Shown piece after piece: positions 47,601 to 50,133 of a DNA stretch of 50,133 bases. Each line of letters opens with the position of its first letter. Within the stretch, counting starts at the first letter, position 1. The stretch is from Reclinomonas americana ATCC 50394 (taxonomy: Eukaryota): positions 34,681 to 84,813 of the forward strand of contig PS015012.1 in assembly GCA_048213135.1 (NCBI GenBank), read 5' to 3'. The notes beneath the pieces were generated by a model. That model ran no database searches. It had not been told where the DNA came from and saw only the letters and a list, made by a program, of their open reading frames with translations. The position numbers and the translations under genes are program-made.

Positions 47601-50103
47601 CAAGGGTCGACTCGGTACGTGACACGCAACGGACTGACGACGTGGACGCCGAATCGGCCTTCCGGAGTGGGACCTGCGAGGCGAGTCAGATCTCGCTCTT
47701 TTCGGTGTCGCGTGCGACCGAGTGCGTGCACACACCTCGTGATGAAAAGTACATCATGTTGCTGGCGAGGGTTTTCCAGTTCGTTGCACCCACACTCAAT
47801 ACGTTCTTGGCCGACGCTTGCGAACTGCACGGGGAAAAGAGTCACTCAATGTCAATGTATCTCGCGCGGACACAGTGGTGACAGTCACGCAACGAGACGG
47901 AGGAGGTCTTTGGGCCCGAGTTACCGGCCGCGAAAATCACCAGCGTATCCTGCAATTCAAATGGGGGTGGTGTGGGCACAACGTTGGATGCACAGAAAGG
48001 GAGGCTGGCGGCACCACGCACTCGATTGTCCCAGGCGAATTCATCCAAGTCGGTGGACATGGAGTCGTACGAGCCGGCGCCGCCGCCCCACGAGTTCGAG
48101 ATGATGGTGGCGCCACTGGCTCGCATCACCGACAAGTACGCAGCATTCACATCCACCGGCAAGTACAGCGACGACTGCGGTATGCAAAAAGACGGTGAGC
48201 AGGCAATACCAGCTCTACACCTGGAGGCGGGGCGGCGGTCTCACCGACGATGACGGGCACACAGAGTTTGCCATGAACAAACAGTCGCACTGAATGGCCG
48301 AGGGGCACTGGCAGCCGCCAGGTTGCATGCACCCCACGTCGTAGAACATGATGCGTGCTCCCGACGCGACGCCGTTGTAGGACGCAAGTGCGGGGGCCGA
48401 CGACACGGCAGCACCGAGTGCGGTGCCAGACTGCACAGAGACAGCAATGGATGAGCCTGCAGGTGACTCGAGCATCCACGACAGTGTACGCAACAACATG
48501 AGTGCCGTGACCGCCTGTGATGCCGTCGACCGAGTCCATGAAATTAAAGTAGCCCTTGACTTTGCGATGTGTCGACGAGAACACGGTGGACACGGAGTTG
48601 GAGTACGAGATCGATGTCGACGAATCGTAAAAGTAGCAGGATCTGGAGCGAAAAAGGAAAGGGTCACAGTGAGGCGCGCGGGAGAAGAGGAAGAGACTGC
48701 AACGAGACGAACCCAGTGTCGAGGCCGGAATCACCAACACCTGTCGGAGACATGGCGCGCGTGTTATGGTCACGCAATGGTTTTCTTTCGAGGTGCATCA
48801 GCAGCGTACTCACCTATGACCTCGCTAGAACCGGTGAGCACGCTCGAGTACGGCGTAGAGCCGGAGACATTGGTTTGAATCACCCAGCGCAAGTCTGTGT
48901 TGAAGTTGGAGACGATTCGCCGTTCCTACAATACACCACACACACACATTGATTGAGCAGCCAGCACCGACAATCATGTTGAAGGCAGCTGCATACGCAC
49001 ATGCACGACAATCACGCGCGGGTGTGCCTCAAAGGGCGCCACCACCGCCGTCAAGTCCACGTCGGGTGCGAATCCGAAAATCACCCACGATCCACCGGCC
49101 ACAGCCCAGCGACGAACTGCACTCGTGGTAGGTGAGACAGGCGGCGCACCCCGATCGGCACCACGACAGGCGCACACACCTTCGATATCGCTGGCACGGA
49201 GTGCCTCGACAATCTCTGCTGCGAATTGCTCGTACAGCGGATCGAGTGTATCGGCCGCCACATGCGCCTGCACCAGCAGCGCCGGCACTTCCTCTGTTTC
49301 CGACTCCGCACTCGTGGCAATGGCTGTGCGAGGGAGTGGTGAGCGGCGAAGCACAAGATGAGCAAGAAGAAAAAGGTGTGGCGTGACGAAACATTGCCGT
49401 CGTCGCACACGATCGGCCAGGTGCGTCGACACGCGACTGGGCACGACTTTGCTGTACTCGACCACCCACACCGCCGAGGCCAACCGATCGCGAATACGGA
49501 TCATGGCCTGCCAGGGCCCGTACACCAAAAACGCATTGTCCGGCACATGAATCACCGTGAAGCGGCGATCGGGAGCCACATGACCCAGTGGATCCATCTG
49601 CGCGCAGTGTTAGTAAGCCACCGGCAGACAAAGACAAGGAAAAAGCAACACCACTTGAGAAATCGAACCTCGCGCAGCACATTTACAATAGAGCGTCGTG
49701 TCTCCAGCGACACTTGCGCGCCCACCAGCGACACCAAGTACAGTCGCCGCTCAGTCAGTGACTGTCGCGTGGTCTCCACTGCAGTGACCAGTGCCGATGG
49801 CACCGCCGACGTGTCCACCACATGACCAGTGGCCGGCAGTCGAATGAACCGCTGTGATCATCATATCACAAAACATGATGAGAATTGTTACTGACAATGG
49901 TTCTCTCATGCACTCACCTGCCCATCATCACTGCTGCGCGCAACGTCAGCAGTGTCGCTGTCATGATCGTCATAATCTCCTCTCGCAAATGGGTGTGAGG
50001 AGGATGAGACTGCTCTCGCAGACACCATGCTCACTGTTGCGATGATCATCAACGTGACGACGAGCAGTGTCAGTCGCGACCATCGTGGTGGCTTGGGACG
50101 CAT
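42784..50103 (-). CDS. Type I membrane subtilase (S8, Kp43/TagC-like): signal peptide, prodomain, catalytic domain, beta-barrel, about 4 FN3-like repeats, PST stalk, TM helix, cytosolic tail
   Basis: Catalytic residues are intact after splicing: GVGDSGLD, HGTHV/SGT, FAAGNSG and G/TSMATP. Other motifs are SNSWG, AKNVLSVGA, FSSRGPT, PSAALIKAMLINSA, QGFGRV and LCWTDFPG...DLDL. FN3-like segments include LTTGSTYYFKV, LQPSTVYYFRLIAINSFGES and LTSGTTYYFRGQAVNSSG. The TM is IAGAAGGGGVALIVLIVVIVVCV. The final exon follows intron 43069..42994 and ends at TAA 42784-42786. Confidence 0.9.
44165..44295 (-). repeat. Coding 9-nt-period repeat giving a (PST)n mucin-like stalk
   Basis: Translation PSTPSTPSTPSTPSTPSTPSTPSTPTSPTTPTTPTSPTPS. 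Confidence 0.9.
46387..46512. repeat. Intronic (GAGAGG)n purine simple repeat
   Basis: Directly visible next to a 20-N gap within subtilase intron 46561..46344. Confidence 0.9.
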
Positions 50104-50133
50104 GTCTGACTCTGATGGGCGAGGCAAGGAAGA

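Noticed and set aside
4665-48494. Reading the shifted donors as non-canonical TT...AGN introns or as U12 introns
   Set aside because: GT-AG boundaries restore the frame in every case. The donors do not match the U12 consensus RTATCCTT, and branch sites look like ordinary CTCAC/CTGAC.
3202-49920. Introner or transposon origin for the many short introns
   Set aside because: By eye the intron bodies share no sequence beyond splice signals and microsatellites, and I saw no terminal inverted repeats or consistent target duplications. An all-versus-all alignment would be needed to exclude it fully.
1-50133. Alternative genetic code or stop-codon readthrough
   Set aside because: All in-frame stops encountered fall inside plausible introns, and genes end in TAA, TAG and TGA.

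Overview
This is gene-dense, GC-rich, intron-rich eukaryotic DNA, probably from a protist; the lineage cannot be named from sequence alone. It is a draft scaffold with N-gaps and uses the standard genetic code. Splicing by hand gives 15 multi-exon genes: a tandem-PH protein (3' truncated), glucosidase II alpha (GH31), ASNSD1, an SDR, a second tandem-PH protein, a PWI/RS SRRM1-like protein, C12orf4/FERRY3-like, an OSCA/TMEM63-like channel, HAT1, a bacterial-type cyclophilin, a kinesin-7-like motor, a C20orf85/CIMIP1-like ciliary protein, TMEM53/DUF829-like, separase and a membrane-anchored Kp43-type subtilase. Introns are mostly about 55-100 nt and GT-AG. The main observation is a second, abundant class of 5' splice sites. 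At least 28 donors in 11 of the 15 genes read /GTTN(C/A)GH, which is the organism's ordinary donor (GTGCGT, GTGAGT, GTACGT, GTTCGT) shifted by one extra T, and they almost always lack exonic -1G. Other observations are 55-90 nt intergenic spacers, a convergent CDS overlap, two locally inverted contigs inside one gene, and several unusual protein architectures. I recognised no RNA genes, mobile elements or CRISPR arrays. All gene models are manual and have no transcript support.
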